From the NCBI GenBank assembly GCA_963770685.1, contig CAVYQN010000001.1, positions 3,179 to 67,178 on the forward strand: a stretch of DNA of 64,000 nucleotides. The letters are read 5' to 3'. The notes below the pieces were generated by a model that saw nothing but the letters and a program-made list of their open reading frames with translations, had not been told where the DNA came from and ran no database searches. This DNA comes from Candidatus Krumholzibacteriia bacterium (GTDB taxonomy: Bacteria; Krumholzibacteriota; Krumholzibacteriia; Krumholzibacteriales; Krumholzibacteriaceae). The translations under genes were made by a program, and so were the position numbers. The first letter of the stretch is position 1. The number at the start of each line of letters is the position of its first letter. Of the stretch, positions 30,851-39,881 are shown piece by piece.

Positions 30851-32580
30851 GAATCCTCTCCCTCCCGCACGGAGTGCCGGATCCTTAGAACCTGCACCTG
30901 GGGCTCGTCCCTGCCCTGCCATTTGTTCCTTCTGAGATTGGCGAGAACATCTATCCGCTTACCGGCAAGATCGACGGGATTCCAGGCCCTTCCGAGCGAG
31001 AAACCGATCAATTCCCCCTCGGTTCCCGAATCGTCGCTTACCCTTATTTTAAGATGGTCGTTCCCCACTATCCTGCTCCCGTCGAGCACCTTCAGGCCCT
31101 CTATCAGCAGCAGCGGCTCCTCGTTCCCCGGGCCGAACGGGCTCATATTCTCGATCATGGAAACAAGCTCCATATCGCATTGCCCGAACGCCACGCGGCT
31201 GTCGAACAGAACAGGGTTGCGATCCTCGTATTTCTCCAGCATGCCTCGCACGACCTTGTCGAACATAATCCTGAAATCCGTAATATTCTTTTCTGGAAGG
31301 GTGAAACCGCCCGCCTCGCGGTGGCCTCCGAACAAGGTCAGGTATCTCGAGCAGCTTTCCAGAGCCTCCTTGATGTTGACGAGCCCCGCAGACCTTGCGG
31401 AACCTTTCCCGTATTCGCCGTTGACGGCTATCAGAACCGAGGGGAGATTGTACCTTTCCGCGAGTCGCGCGGCGCCGATCCCCACCACGCCCTCGTGCCA
31501 CAAATCCGAGGAATAAACGAGCGCGCTCGGAGAGCCTCTTTTCATTTCCTCATCGGCCAGATTGCAGCGCCTGATCCGTGACCACGGAGTCGAGGGACTT
31601 CCTCGTCGAATTGACATTCTCTATCCTTGCGGCGATTGAGGCGGCCTTAGCGGGGTCGTCCGTCACGAGCAGCTCGACGACGTCCCTCGCGCTTCCCACC
31701 CTTCCGGGGGAATTCAGCCTCGGAACGATCGTGAAGCAGACCTGCCTGGCGGTAAAACCGCTCCTTGGAAGATTGCTCTCCCTCTGAAGCGCCGCGAAAC
31801 CGGGGTTGTCCCATTCTGCGAGCCTTCTCATCCCCAGCGAAACAAGCACCCGGTTTTCGTCCTGGAGGAGCGAATAATCTCCGAGGGTCCCGACGGCCAC
31901 GTGATCGAGCAGTTTCTCGAGACCGAGATCCGAGCCGGTCCGGATTTCGAGCGCCTGCAGAAGCTTGAATGCGACGCCGACCCCGGCGAGCTCGGTAAAG
32001 GGGTATTTCTCCGAGGGGAGCTTGGGATTTATGAAAGCGTCGGCCCGCGGGACTCTTTCCGCTATCTCGTGGTGATCCGTTATTATCGTCCTGACGCCTC
32101 GGTCGGCGAGGTAGGAAACGACCTCGTCGTCGCTCGATCCGCAATCCACCGATATGACGAGATCGAGCGGTCCCAGCCATCCCACCTTCGATCCCGCGTT
32201 CCATCGCCCTTCTGGAGAGACCGTACCCGTCCTTCGCCCTGTTCGGGACGAAGAAACGAACGTCGGCGCCGATGCCCGCGAAGAACCCTGAAAAGAAGGG
32301 CGGTTCCGGATATGCCGTCGGCGTCGTAATCTCCGTGTACCAGGATCCTTCTTCCGAGCGACACGGATTCGGAGAGAATCCCGGCCGCATTTTCCATCTC
32401 TGAAAAGAGAAAGGGGTCGTGAAGGTCGCCGTACGCCGGCTCGAGGAATCTTCGCGCCTCATCCACGGTGCCGATTCCCCTGTTGACGAGGAGCCTCGCC
32501 TGAAGTCCGGATATGCCGAGCCCCTCCTCCAGGGCCCGGTTCACGGAAGCCCTGTCTTCGCGGAGAATCCATGAAACCAT
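30847..32580 (-). CDS. recJ: Single-stranded-DNA-specific exonuclease RecJ, reading frame broken about 3 times
   Basis: DHH-family motifs are present: ILVHGDYDADGISG, DCGSSD, IITDHHE, GVGVAFKL, GGHREAGGF. The gene uses four frames (32083..32580, part of 31647..32462, 31550..32185, 30847..31617). Switches lie near 32285, 32190 and 31575. Confidence 0.9.
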
Positions 32581-32604
32581 CGACGCCTCTTCTCTGATTG
32601 ACCA

Positions 32605-32982
32605 AAAGCGGTAGAGCGGACTTGTAAGCCGGATTCTGTACCCGTTCCATGGGAACGGGCAGTGATCATTTATCTGGGACCGGTGTTGCCACCGGACTCG
32701 ATCGACCTACCCGAGAGTCAGGCGAAACGGGCCGTTTCTCCTCTTCTATTTGGTCTTTCACCGGGTGGGGTTTACCAAGCTACCGCCGTCGCCGGCGATA
32801 CTGGTGAGCTCTTACCTCGCCTTTTCACCCTTACCTTCCCCATCGGGGAAGGCGGTATATTTTCTGTGGCACTTTCCTTGGGGTTGCCCCCACTGGGCGT
32901 TACCCAGCACCCTGCCCTGTGGAGCCCGGACTTTCCTCGGACGCGCAAGGCGCCCGCGATCACCCCGTCTGCTCTACCGCAA
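32605..32982 (-). ncRNA. rnpB: RNase P RNA, bacterial type A
   Basis: The minus strand carries the universal P4 halves GAGGAAAGUCCGGGCUCC (plus-strand reverse complement at about 32921-32938) and ACAGAAUCCGGCUUA (about 32622-32636). It also carries GGGUAACGCCCAGUGGGGGCAACCCCAAGGAAAGUGCCACAGAAAAUAUACCGCC. The terminal P1 pairing is GCGGUAGAGC/GCUCUACCGC. No credible ORF covers this region. Confidence 0.9.
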
Positions 32983-33001
32983 TCAACAAACACGCATTGG
33001 C

Positions 33002-33030
33002 AATATACCACAAGATGGGAGCCGGGTCAA
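33002..33030 (-). promoter_or_regulatory. Dedicated promoter of rnpB
   Basis: On the minus strand: TTGACC (33025-33030), 17-nt spacer, TATATT (33002-33007) with a TGg extended -10. It lies about 20 nt upstream of the predicted P1 5' end. Confidence 0.55.
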
Positions 33031-33150
33031 AGGATTGGGCGGGTGCCCGGAAGTCGCAGCGCTTTCGACCTATCTGCCTTGCTATGGAATATATGCTTAA
33101 AGGCGGCCGGTCCGGCCGGCGGGTTGTTCCGCGCGCCATACGGCCCGGTT

Positions 33151-33655
33151 TCATGACCCGGCGTCGTCGTCCAGAACCTTGTTTGCGAGCCTGTCGGCGT
33201 CGAGGTTCTGTTCCCTCGAAACGTGCTCATATCCGACGCGATCGAAAAAGGAGGCCGCTTTTCGCGCCTCTTCGGCAAGTTTGCCGAGCCGGCTGTTCCG
33301 GATTTTGTATTCGCCCTTCATCTGCCTTACGACGAGCTCGGAGTCCATGCGGATCGTCACCCTGCGCGCCCCGAGATCTCCGGCAAGCCGCAGGCCCAGT
33401 ATCAGCCCCCTGTATTCCGCTTCGTTGTTCGTGGCCGTCCCGAGCGCCTCGGACCGCGCCGCGAGCATCTCTCCGACCCGGCGAGTACGCTATCGCCGCG
33501 GCCGAAGCGGGACCCGGATTTCCCCGCGAGGCGCCATCCGTGTGAACCGACAGGGATTCCGTTTCGCCACGGCGTGATTTTTCGCCCGCGGGCTCGGAGC
33601 CGCGCGTATCGCCTTCGAAACGGCCGCGTGGAATGGAATCTGCCAGGCAAAGCAA
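33151..33655 (-). CDS. RNase H (RNase HI-like) domain protein, reading frame broken once
   Basis: SVHTDGASRGNPGPASAAAIAY lies in piece 33227..33655. GTATNNEAEYRGLILGLRLA...VVRQMKGEYKIRN...REQNLDADRLAN lies in piece 33151..33468. The frames join if the C3 run at 33477-33479 is one base shorter. The start at 33655 is uncertain. Confidence 0.75.
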
Positions 33656-33776
33656 TTTCTCCCGGCATTCGTCGAACGGTCCGGAATCCTGCTTCGATGC
33701 ATGCTTTTCGCGGATCGTTTCCCGAGTCGAGAATTGTAATGAATAGTTTGAGTCTGTTCATTTCCGCCGGATGCCG

Positions 33777-34519
33777 TCAGGATGACGGCGTATCGTCGTA
33801 AAAGACAAGGATCCTGCCGCAGACCTCGCACATGATGATCGAATCGTTTCTCCTTATCTCATGCGCCTTCTGAGGCGGAACCCTTGAATGGCACCCCTGG
33901 CACACGTCGCCTACAAGGTTGGCGACGCCCGAATCGCCCTTTGCCTCTTTTATTCTCTCATAAAGACGCTGCACTCTTCCCGAAAGGCTTGGGGAGGATC
34001 TTCGATTTATCCTCCTCAAGCTTTCTAAGGGCTTCCATGTCCCGGGCCGTCTCCTCCTCGAGTTTCCTTTTTTCCTCGAGCAGCGCCCCTTTTTCATTGG
34101 CTATCTTCTTTTTGATTTCTTCGAGATCCTTTACGCGCACGACCATCTGATCCATGATTACGAGGATTCTCTCCTCCTCCTCGTTAACCTGGTTCTCAAG
34201 GAATTCTATCTCATGTTTCATCGCCTTGTATTCCTTGTTATCGTGGATCTGCGTAAGGAGCGTCTTCTTCTTCGCTATATTCTCGTTCTGTTCCCTTGAC
34301 CTTGCTCAGGAGCTCCCTTGTTTTCGACTTCGAGCGCAGCGACCGCCGCGCTGTTCTCCGTGAACTGGTTGTCCATTCTGCTGATATCGGAGTCCACCCG
34401 CGCGATGCGCGCGGGTGCCGTTTTGACAGGAACTTCTTTTTACTTTGTATCTCTTCGTCCTTCCGGACGATCAGGATCAGGTACTGGATATCCTCTTCTG
34501 CGGAAACCATCTCGCCCAC
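33777..34519 (-). CDS. Coiled-coil C4 zinc-ribbon protein (DUF164/COG1579-like), reading frame broken 4 times
   Basis: A long heptad-rich body (KTAPARIARVDSDISRMDNQFTENSAAVAALEVENK-ELLSKVK-EQNENIAKKKTLLTQIHDNKEYKAMKHEIEFLENQV...) ends in YERIKEAKGDSGVANLVGDVCQGCHSRVPPQ...IIMCEVCGRILVF. Switches occur at 34421-34424 (T4), 34315-34317 (C3), 34293-34295 (C3) and 33986-33987 (G2). Confidence 0.7.
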
Positions 34520-34530
34520 CTTTCCTTTAT

Positions 34531-34561
34531 AAAAAAAGATGCTTCCCGGCGGGGAAGCATC
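34531..34561 (-). terminator. Strong Rho-independent terminator
   Basis: A perfect 10-bp stem 34538-34547/34552-34561 (GATGCTTCCC-GGCG-GGGAAGCATC) is followed on the minus strand by T7 (34531-34537). It lies 180 nt downstream of the BNR-protein stop and 12 nt upstream of the DUF164 start. Confidence 0.8.
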
Positions 34562-34742
34562 TTCAAGGTCTGCGATTCACGCACGATGTTGCCTTTTTTA
34601 CCGTTCGCGTTGTCTTACAATTCATTCCGTCACGTTAGCCCTTCATTCAATCGCCCCGGACCAGGACCAAAAAAATAAAGCAGGCAAAAGGATATTTCAA
34701 TGAGCGGCGATCGTCAAGCTTTATTTCTTGCGCCGAAGACAA

Positions 34743-35837
34743 TCAGGGCTGATCCTCCGTCTGTGTCAATAAGTCGAGATCGGTCACGTCGTACGCGAAT
34801 TCGATGAGGGACCAGTCGGCGCCGCCGTTCGTCGTCGACATGATTATCGAATACTTGTAGATCCTGTCCCCTATCGTCTCGTCCCTGCCGCGGCCCGTCA
34901 CCCATCCCGTCGCCGGGTCGAGGAAGAAGACGCCCCTCAGATCGACGATCCTGTCGTCCTCGGGAGTCACATCCGCCCAGTTCGTCCCCCCGTCGACCGT
35001 CTTCATTATCGTATTGCTGCCGGCGGCGTATCCGGTCGATTCATCCAGGAAACTGAACTCCCTGACCGTCGCCGTCTCGCGCTGCATGAACCAGTTCGCG
35101 CCGCCATCGGTCGTCTTCATGATCACGCCGCCGCCGGCCCATCCCGTCATGGGGCTGGAGAAATCCACGGTCAACACGGCCCTGAGAACGGAAGCGTTCG
35201 AACCGTCGACGGCCTTCCAGTTCATTCCTCCGTCGTCCGTCCTGTAAAGCAGCTCGGGATCCGAATCGGTCCATTTGCTTCCAAGAAGAAATCCCGTGAC
35301 GCGATCGACGATGCTCATATTCCAGGCTCCCCTCGCAGGCACGACCGGAAGCCAGTTATTCTCCCAGAGCCCTCCTCCGTCCGTCGTGACGTAGACCCCC
35401 GGGTACCCGAGCACGAAGCCGTGGTCCATGTCGCTGAACTCGATCTTGAAGAAATCGTCCTCCAGAGGGTGGGCGGGGAAGAGGCTCGCTTCCCATGTGC
35501 GCCCTCCATCAAAGCTCCGGTAAAGATATCCACCCCTGCAGATCAGCCATCCGTGCTGCGAGTCGAGAAACGTGATGCTCCTGATATCCCTGTTCCCGAC
35601 ACGCACCGCCTCCCAATTCTCCCCGCCGTTCACCGTCAACAGAAGGGTGCCCTGCTGCCCCACGACCCAGCCGTGATCCCTGTCGAGGAAAAATATATCG
35701 TTCGCGTAGCAAAGAAGGCTTTCTATCACGACCGGGTTGACCGGCGTCACGGGATTCTTGTCCGAGCACGAGTGAATCTCGAAATAGATGAACAGTATGA
35801 GCATCAGGGCTATGAGGATGCTGCGTCGCAATTGCAT
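34743..35837 (-). CDS. BNR/Ycf48-like beta-propeller protein (exported)
   Basis: Seven spaced BNR-type motifs are present: NGGENWEA, FDGGRTWEA, TDGGGLWEN, DDGGMNWKA, TDGGANWFM, VDGGTNWAD, TNGGADWS. The N-terminal hydrophobic signal is MQLRRSILIALMLILFIYF. The ATG at 35837 has GGGGG 5 nt upstream. Confidence 0.8.
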   Translation of the reverse strand: MQLRRSILIALMLILFIYFEIHSCSDKNPVTPVNPVVIESLLCYANDIFFLDRDHGWVVGQQGTLLLTVNGGENWEAVRVGNRDIRSITFLDSQHGWLICRGGYLYRSFDGGRTWEASLFPAHPLEDDFFKIEFSDMDHGFVLGYPGVYVTTDGGGLWENNWLPVVPARGAWNMSIVDRVTGFLLGSKWTDSDPELLYRTDDGGMNWKAVDGSNASVLRAVLTVDFSSPMTGWAGGGVIMKTTDGGANWFMQRETATVREFSFLDESTGYAAGSNTIMKTVDGGTNWADVTPEDDRIVDLRGVFFLDPATGWVTGRGRDETIGDRIYKYSIIMSTTNGGADWSLIEFAYDVTDLDLLTQTEDQP

Positions 35838-35916
35838 TTTAACCCCCGATTTTGCAAAGTGGGATCGGCCCGCCACCCGCGGCTTTTTGCGCCCGCGACC
35901 ATCCCATCATTAACTG

Positions 35917-35946
35917 ATTATAACACAATAGTATAACTGATCGCAA
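35917..35946 (-). promoter_or_regulatory. Putative promoter of the BNR-protein gene
   Basis: On the minus strand: TTGCGA (35941-35946), 18-nt spacer, consensus TATAAT (35917-35922). Confidence 0.4.
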
Positions 35947-36135
35947 CCCCCCGTCTCCTGGAGACGTCCGGAGAACGAAGGGAAACAACAGGTAAGCAAA
36001 GGCAATCTTCCTGCCTAAACCGTTATGTTAATGAAAATATATCTATTACGGAAGTTCGCCCGGAGTCGGTCGCCACTCGGCTGACCGGCCTTCCGCCCCT
36101 GATTTCTTAATGCAAGCCACACGCGGCGGCCGCCT

Positions 36136-36171
36136 TAAAAGGAAAATCCGCCCGAAGGGTTCCGGGCGGAT
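36136..36171 (-). terminator. Rho-independent terminator after tRNA-Met (end of the mutS2-dnaG-rpoD-tRNA unit)
   Basis: 9-bp stem 36146-36154/36163-36171 (ATCCGCCCG...CGGGCGGAT) is followed on the minus strand by TTTCCTTTTA. Confidence 0.6.
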
Positions 36172-36184
36172 CATCCGTTCTATC

Positions 36185-36259
36185 TGGTGGGCCCAACAGG
36201 ATTCGAACCTGTGACCGACCGGTTATGAGCCGGGGGCTCTACCGCTGAGCTATGGGCCC
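36185..36259 (-). tRNA. tRNA with CAU anticodon (elongator Met, or Ile2 if lysidine-modified), CCA encoded
   Basis: The minus-strand sequence is GGGCCCA-TA-GCTC-AGCGGTA-GAGC-C-CCCGG-CTCATAA-CCGGT-CGGTC-ACAGG-TTCGAAT-CCTGT-TGGGCCC-A-CCA, a 75-nt cloverleaf. A G1-C72 pair and the absence of the GGG/CCC anticodon-stem signature argue against an initiator tRNA. Confidence 0.9.
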
Positions 36260-36328
36260 TTTTGAACATGCGCAAAGCAGCGGCGTCCAATTTAACATCC
36301 GGGGGATCAGGTTACAAACACTTTTTAA

Positions 36329-38089
36329 TCAAACGTCTATGTAACCCTTGAGTTTTCTGCTCCTGCTCGGATGCATCAATTTTCGAAGCGCTTTTGCCTC
36401 GATCTGCCTGACCCGTTCACGGGTCACCTTGAATATGGTGCCGACCTCTTCAAGGGTGCGGGGAGTTCCGTCACCGAGACCGAACCTCAACCTTACGACC
36501 TTTTCCTCCCGCGGGGTGAGGGTGGCGAGTACCCTCGCGACCTGATCCTTCAGCATCGAATGCGCGGCCGTCTGATCGGGGGAAGAAGCCGCGGTATCCT
36601 CGATGAAGTCGCTGAGGTTGCTGTCGTCATCCTCTCCTATCGGGCGGTCCAGCGAGATGGGTTCCATGCTGGCTTTCATGACGCTTTTCACCTTGCCGAC
36701 CGGATAATCCAGGCGAAGCGCGACCTCCTCGGGGGTCGGTTCGCGCCCGAATTCCTGAATCAGCTTCCTCTGCGTTCTGGAAACCTTGTTTATCGCTTCG
36801 ATCATGTGCACCGGCACGCGGATCGTTCTGGCCTGGTCGGCGATCGCCCTTGTTATCGCCTGTCTTATCCACCATGTGGCGTACGTGCTGAATTTGTATC
36901 CCTTCCTGTAATCGAACTTGTCGACCGCCCGCATGAGGCCGCTGTTTCCCTCCTGTATAAGATCAAGGAACTCGAGACCGCGGTTGGTATATCTCTTGGC
37001 GATCGAAATGACGAGCCTCACGTTCGCCTCGATCATTTCCTGTTTCGCGTGTTCGGCCTTGCGTTCGCCGAATTTGATATCTCTTACGATCTTTTTCAGC
37101 TGGTCGTACTGTACGTTTTCCTTCTTCTCAATGCTCCTGACCTGTTTTTCAAGGTTCTTTAGCTTCGAATCGAAATCCTCAAGGTTCTCGACCTTCCATT
37201 TGATCTTCTTTATCAGTTCCTTCTTCTTGCTGCTCCTGCTCATGCATATGCCGAGCGCTTCCCTCACCTCGACGCTTGTCATACCTATGAATTTCTCGTA
37301 TTCCGTGATCTCTTTCTTGTTTTTCTCGAGTCTCCTGAGCGTATCCTTCACCATCGCGACGATTCTTTCCGTCTGCATCGGGTGAAGGCTGATTTTTGAA
37401 TATTCCGTCTTGAGTTTCCTGTTGTTCTCTTCGAGCAACCTCGTCAGCTCGGCGATTCTTTTCTTGCTCGCCCTCTTTTTCAATTCGTTCCTGAGATCGT
37501 TGCTTTCCTCCCTCAACTTGATGATCTTGTTGAGGATCCCGATATATTTTTTCTGTTCCTTGAGGCCTGAATAATGCGGGTGCAGCCCTCCCGTTTCGAG
37601 TTGGACCACATCCTCCAGCTTCAATTCTTCCTTTTCCAGTTTTTCGACCAGGCTCCTCAGTTCGTCCGTCATCACGTTCAGGCTGTAAATCGCCCACATG
37701 ACCTTGCTGTTGCCCGATTCAATCCTTTTGGCGATATCTATCTCGCCTTCCCTGTCGAGCAGGGGGACCCTCCCCATTTCACGCAGATACATCCGGACCG
37801 GGTCGTCGTACCTGATGCCGGTGTTCATCGTTTCTTCGGACTTCTTCGCGTCGCGCTGTTCCCTTTTCTTCAGCGCGTCCATCTTCAGGCGTGCAAGGCT
37901 GTGGGTATCGAAATATTCGATGTTTTCCTCGCCGAGGCGTATGTACAGCTCGTCGAGATATTCAGGATCGAAATCCTCTCCGATGATCGAAGCGATCTCC
38001 TCGTTCAGAACATAACCCTTGTCACGGCAGAGTTTTTTGATATCGGCCAGCAATTTTTCAATCTTACCGAGATCCATCAGACCGATCAT
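36329..38089 (-). CDS. rpoD: RNA polymerase sigma factor RpoD (sigma-70)
   Basis: 586 aa. Regions 1.2-4.2 are recognisable: [63 protein letters not shown]. Confidence 0.95.
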   Translation of the reverse strand: MIGLMDLGKIEKLLADIKKLCRDKGYVLNEEIASIIGEDFDPEYLDELYIRLGEENIEYFDTHSLARLKMDALKKREQRDAKKSEETMNTGIRYDDPVRMYLREMGRVPLLDREGEIDIAKRIESGNSKVMWAIYSLNVMTDELRSLVEKLEKEELKLEDVVQLETGGLHPHYSGLKEQKKYIGILNKIIKLREESNDLRNELKKRASKKRIAELTRLLEENNRKLKTEYSKISLHPMQTERIVAMVKDTLRRLEKNKKEITEYEKFIGMTSVEVREALGICMSRSSKKKELIKKIKWKVENLEDFDSKLKNLEKQVRSIEKKENVQYDQLKKIVRDIKFGERKAEHAKQEMIEANVRLVISIAKRYTNRGLEFLDLIQEGNSGLMRAVDKFDYRKGYKFSTYATWWIRQAITRAIADQARTIRVPVHMIEAINKVSRTQRKLIQEFGREPTPEEVALRLDYPVGKVKSVMKASMEPISLDRPIGEDDDSNLSDFIEDTAASSPDQTAAHSMLKDQVARVLATLTPREEKVVRLRFGLGDGTPRTLEEVGTIFKVTRERVRQIEAKALRKLMHPSRSRKLKGYIDV

Positions 38090-39854
38090 CCTCCTTGATT
38101 CCCAGTTTCTTGTATTCCCTGGCGATTTTCCTGTATGCTTCGGCTATCTCCAGCTCTTCCGCCGATCCCTTTCCGTCCCCCCGGCTCTGGAGTTCCCCTA
38201 TACGCTTTCTCATCTCTGCCATTTCGCCCCGCAGGGACGCCTTCCTGATCCAGACAAGGGTGTCGTTCAACATCTCGGGGACCGGGCCGGGCGGAATGTC
38301 CATAAGGGCTATCTCGCTCGCAAGTTCCGACAGCTCCGGATCTTTGATGGTTCCAACGAAATCCGGACTTTGTATATCAATGTTCTTTTTCAAAGCCAAG
38401 TCAAGGGCTTTATAGTATTTTCTGAAAAGCTCCCCTTCGAAATCCTCCTCCATCAGATTGGCTACGACCATCCCGGCGTATTCCTTCTTTTCGACGGCAA
38501 AACGCAGCAATTCCTTCTGAATCTGCTCCCTCTTGCCGCGGGCAGGCCGTTCGTGCTCCACCTTTGCTGGAGATCTCTTTTCCCCGGTTTTCAACCCCGA
38601 TCTCAGGACATTTGAAGGAATATCGAAAAGGCCTGAAATCTCCTGGAGAAGCAGATCCCGGGTCACCGCGTCCCCGATCCGGGAAACGGACCCGAGGAGG
38701 TGCGATACAACCTGACTCCTTCTGTATGCCGTCCTCGGCCCTTTTTCAGCTTCACCCTTGAGATACTTAAAATAATCAGGAGCAGAACGCATCAGGCCAC
38801 GTAACGCATCCGCTCCTTTTTTACGCACCAGACTGTCAGGATCCTCCCCTTCGGGGAGGACCACTATCTGTATATCGAAATTGTCGACAAGGAACTGATC
38901 GGCAGCCCTGACCGCCGCCCTGACACCAGCCCTGTCTCCATCATTCACAATATATACATGTTTCGTATATCGTGCAAGAAGCTTGGATTGATCTTCAGTC
39001 AGTGAAGTTCCGCATACGGCCGCGACATTCTCTATTCCATTGCCAACCAACGTCAAATAATCTATGTAACCTTCTACTATTATTGCAGATTTGGCTTTTC
39101 TAATTTCATCCCTTGAATGGTTCAGGCCATACAGAATCCGGCTTTTTGAATAGATCGGGCTCTCTGTCGAATTCAGATATTTCGGCTCCGATCCGTCCAT
39201 AACGCGCCCCCCGAACGCGACAATCCTGTTCGAAATGGACGATATCGGGAATATTATCCTGTTCTTGAAATAATCCCTGAACCCGCTCCCGCTCCGGCTT
39301 TTCTGAACAAGGTTCAGTTCGAGAAGTATCTCCCTCGAAAGCCCCGCCTCCGTCGCCGCACGGTAGAAAAGGTCCCATCCCGAAGGAGCGAACCCTATTG
39401 TGAAACGGTCCGCTATCCCGCGATTGAGGCCCCTGTTCTCGAGATACTCCCTTGCCTTCCCCGCATCCGGGCTCTCTTTGAGTATCTTCCTGTAGTACCC
39501 GGCGGCATACTCCATCGCCTCATAGTAGGGATCCAGTTTCTGCTTATCCTCCCCCCCCTGGATATATTTCTCCACATCAACGCCCAGTTCGGAGGCCAGT
39601 TTCCTTACCGCGCCCACGAAACTCACCCCTTCGTAATCCATGACGAAGTTGAATACGTTCCCGCCCTTTCCGCATCCGAAGCAGTGAAAAATCTGCTTGT
39701 CCGGGCTTATCATGAAACTCGGGGTCTTCTCGCCATGAAAGGGGCACAGCGCCTTGAAATTCCTCCCGGACCTTTTAAGGTCCAGAACCGAACCGATCAC
39801 CTCGACGATATCGGTGCGTTCCCGTATGTCATTTATCATGCTGTCCGGTATCAT
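38064..39854 (-). CDS. dnaG: DNA primase
   Basis: The zinc ribbon is [11 protein letters not shown]...[11 protein letters not shown] Toprim domain (EGYIDY, NDGDRAG) is present. The gene overlaps the rpoD start by 26 nt. Confidence 0.95.
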   Translation of the reverse strand: MIPDSMINDIRERTDIVEVIGSVLDLKRSGRNFKALCPFHGEKTPSFMISPDKQIFHCFGCGKGGNVFNFVMDYEGVSFVGAVRKLASELGVDVEKYIQGGEDKQKLDPYYEAMEYAAGYYRKILKESPDAGKAREYLENRGLNRGIADRFTIGFAPSGWDLFYRAATEAGLSREILLELNLVQKSRSGSGFRDYFKNRIIFPISSISNRIVAFGGRVMDGSEPKYLNSTESPIYSKSRILYGLNHSRDEIRKAKSAIIVEGYIDYLTLVGNGIENVAAVCGTSLTEDQSKLLARYTKHVYIVNDGDRAGVRAAVRAADQFLVDNFDIQIVVLPEGEDPDSLVRKKGADALRGLMRSAPDYFKYLKGEAEKGPRTAYRRSQVVSHLLGSVSRIGDAVTRDLLLQEISGLFDIPSNVLRSGLKTGEKRSPAKVEHERPARGKREQIQKELLRFAVEKKEYAGMVVANLMEEDFEGELFRKYYKALDLALKKNIDIQSPDFVGTIKDPELSELASEIALMDIPPGPVPEMLNDTLVWIRKASLRGEMAEMRKRIGELQSRGDGKGSAEELEIAEAYRKIAREYKKLGIKEDDRSDGSR

Positions 39855-39881
39855 CGGCTCCCCTGCCTGAATTTGAGAAGA

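Noticed and set aside
36060-36110. SRP (4.5S) RNA-like GGAAGG...CAGCC motif on the minus strand
   Set aside because: The flanks do not form the helix-8 pairing around a GNRA tetraloop, and the conserved GGUCC/GGAAGCAGCC pairing is absent. It is a chance resemblance.
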